From positions 40,034 through 104,033 of the IMG/VR virus record IMGVR_UViG_3300005440_000008: a DNA stretch of 64,000 nucleotides; one strand, 5' to 3'. Positions 62,655-64,000 of this stretch are shown in pieces (position 1 is the first letter of the stretch; each line of letters begins with the position of its first letter). The DNA is from a virus (lineage: Duplodnaviria; Caudoviricetes). Under the pieces are notes generated by a model. It was not told where the DNA came from and did not search any database. It saw only the letters and a list, made by a program, of their open reading frames with translations. A program made the translations under genes and the position numbers.

Positions 62655-63073
62655 CGCAGCTCCATCACGTCGCGTCGCCCGACGTAGCATCGGACGCACA
62701 GGGTCAACCGCCGCGGCCCACTCCTCGGGTACGCGAGAGTCCGGATCGGCCAGAGGCGCGCCGCGCAGACCGAACAGCGCCCCGGCACGAGCCACCGTCG
62801 CCGCGTGAGCGCGTGCCACACGTGCTTGACCGGGTACGGGATCAGGCCGTCGCCCGCGTCCACGATCGCGCCGCGCTGGAGCCCTGTGACCCCGCTCCGC
62901 CACATGCCCGGCCAGCGGTCATGCTCAGCGAGCGACCATCGCGCAAGGCAGCAGGATCCGGCGGCGGCCGCGAAGATGACCGGGTGCCACCAGGAGATGT
63001 CTCCATGCGCGGCGAGGATTGCGTGCACAGCCGCGACGCCGGCGAAACCGAGCGCGAATCCGCGAAGCGCCAT
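62651..63073 (-). CDS. Membrane protein with C-terminal zinc finger
   Basis: Two hydrophobic segments, CSVC...CVRC. Confidence 0.45.
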   Translation of the reverse strand: MALRGFALGFAGVAAVHAILAAHGDISWWHPVIFAAAAGSCCLARWSLAEHDRWPGMWRSGVTGLQRGAIVDAGDGLIPYPVKHVWHALTRRRWLVPGRCSVCAARLWPIRTLAYPRSGPRRLTLCVRCYVGRRDVMELR

Positions 63074-63219
63074 CACCGTCCGCCGAAGCCGAAGATGAGG
63101 CACGCCACAAAGAAGGCGGTGGAGAACACCCCCGCGACGATCCAGCACGGCGCGTCAACGATCGATGCGGCGGACCCGCTTACGGACAACGTGACGAACA
63201 CGACCTTGAGCACCTTCAT
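63073..63219 (-). CDS. Small hydrophobic protein
   Basis: MKVLKVVFV..., 48 aa, TGATG coupled. Confidence 0.4.
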   Translation of the reverse strand: MKVLKVVFVTLSVSGSAASIVDAPCWIVAGVFSTAFFVACLIFGFGGR

Positions 63220-63233
63220 CGGGTGATGGGCCC

Positions 63234-63477
63234 TTAGCCTTTCCGGCGCTTCGGATCGCGACCGAACGTGTGCTCGGTCTGGATCCGGCCGTTCTGCTTG
63301 TAGATGACGACCTGGGCGAGCTGGCCGCGCTTCCAGTCCTTGCGGGCCTCGTTTCGAGCCCACCACACCGCCGTCCGCTTCCGGGATCGCGGTCTCACGA
63401 CGGCGCCCCTGCACGACGACCCACAACGCGCGCGCCGGTCGCCACTGGACGCGATAGATCCGTCTCCGAGATGCCAT
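63234..63477 (-). pseudogene. DUF2188-like gene with a frameshift
   Basis: MASRRRIYRVQW...WVV in one frame; K..AV..AR...QVVIYKQNGRIQTEHTFGRDPKRRKG* in another. Confidence 0.7.
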
Positions 63478-63488
63478 GTCGTCCTCCC

Positions 63489-63677
63489 TTATCGGCTCTT
63501 GATCGCGTCGTCGTCCTTCGACGGCTCGAGGGCGATCCAGGCCGGCCCGTAGTCGTCGACCTTCTCGACGGCGACGACCTCGTGGTAGCAGCCCGTGGAA
63601 CACCCGCCGTAGACGGGCAGCTCCTGGAGCGGCTCTGGAAGCTCCGCGAGGGCCCGCGCAAGCTCGCGCACGGTCAC
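63489..63677 (-). CDS. Hypothetical protein
   Basis: MTVRELARALAELP...LPV, a common phage small-protein start. Confidence 0.55.
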   Translation of the reverse strand: MTVRELARALAELPEPLQELPVYGGCSTGCYHEVVAVEKVDDYGPAWIALEPSKDDDAIKSR

Positions 63678-64000
63678 GGCCGTGCTCCTCGCTCGGCCGC
63701 CTGCGAGTCCCGGTCGCTACCGGGGCCGGTCACGCCGCCGCGCGGGCGAAAGAGCGCCCAGTCCGCGGGATCGCCGCCGAGGTTGTCGATGAAGCGATCG
63801 AGCCCGATCTCGCCCCAGATGAACGTCCGCTGCACGCGCGCCCGCTCGTCCGGGTCCATCGCCCGCCCAGGCGCCGGGAGGTCGAACGCCGGGGCCGCGT
63901 TGAACTCGCCGACCTCCCCGTTCATGAGCCGGTTCACCTTGACTTCCGTGTGCTCGCGGAACCACTCCCCCGTGTGCGCGATCCACCACTCGACGGCCTT
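63674..64000 (-). CDS. GT-A glycosyltransferase, paralog 1 (3' part only)
   Basis: EHTEVKVN...RTFIWGEIG...LG..PADWAL matches the C-termini of 60251 and 61827. Confidence 0.7.
   Translation of the reverse strand, partial: KAVEWWIAHTGEWFREHTEVKVNRLMNGEVGEFNAAPAFDLPAPGRAMDPDERARVQRTFIWGEIGLDRFIDNLGGDPADWALFRPRGGVTGPGSDRDSQAAERGARP

Noticed and set aside
1-64000. CRISPR array, tRNA, rRNA, integrase or att site
   Set aside because: None recognised by eye; prophage versus free phage cannot be decided from this window

Overview
About 64 kb of a very GC-rich (roughly 70% by eye) tailed phage or prophage, most likely a siphovirus. Every credible gene is on the minus strand, many coupled by ATGA/GTGA/TGATG overlaps. 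The long plus-strand ORFs look like GC shadows. Reading in transcription order (64000 to 1): (i) an early/middle accessory region with a glycosyltransferase/methyltransferase cluster, an NrdR-like gene, NUMOD4-HNH, DUF5131, a PD-(D/E)XK nuclease, an SNF2 helicase and a HerA-like ATPase; (ii) a second glyco-modification cluster (GT8-like, GT-B, 3 methyltransferases, QueC-like, kinase-methyltransferase fusion); (iii) TerS, TerL, portal, minor head, protease/scaffold, decoration protein, major capsid and head-tail genes, with two GT2 genes interleaved; (iv) about 13 kb of membrane and fibre genes, including a class III nucleotide cyclase; (v) tail terminator, major tail protein, frameshifted chaperones, tape measure and tail-tip genes; (vi) a GH108 endolysin cut by the window edge. 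No integrase, tRNA, rRNA or CRISPR was seen. Best candidates for new biology: three adjacent genes sharing a C-terminal strand that suggests a donor-strand-complemented Fn3 fibre with two alternative beta-propeller tips; a tail-tip gene split by a precise 1520-bp insertion whose lectin gene has captured the missing C-terminal domain; a large phage glycan toolkit (8 GTs, 5 MTases); and a membrane-anchored nucleotide cyclase. All family assignments come from motif recognition by eye, not from database searches.
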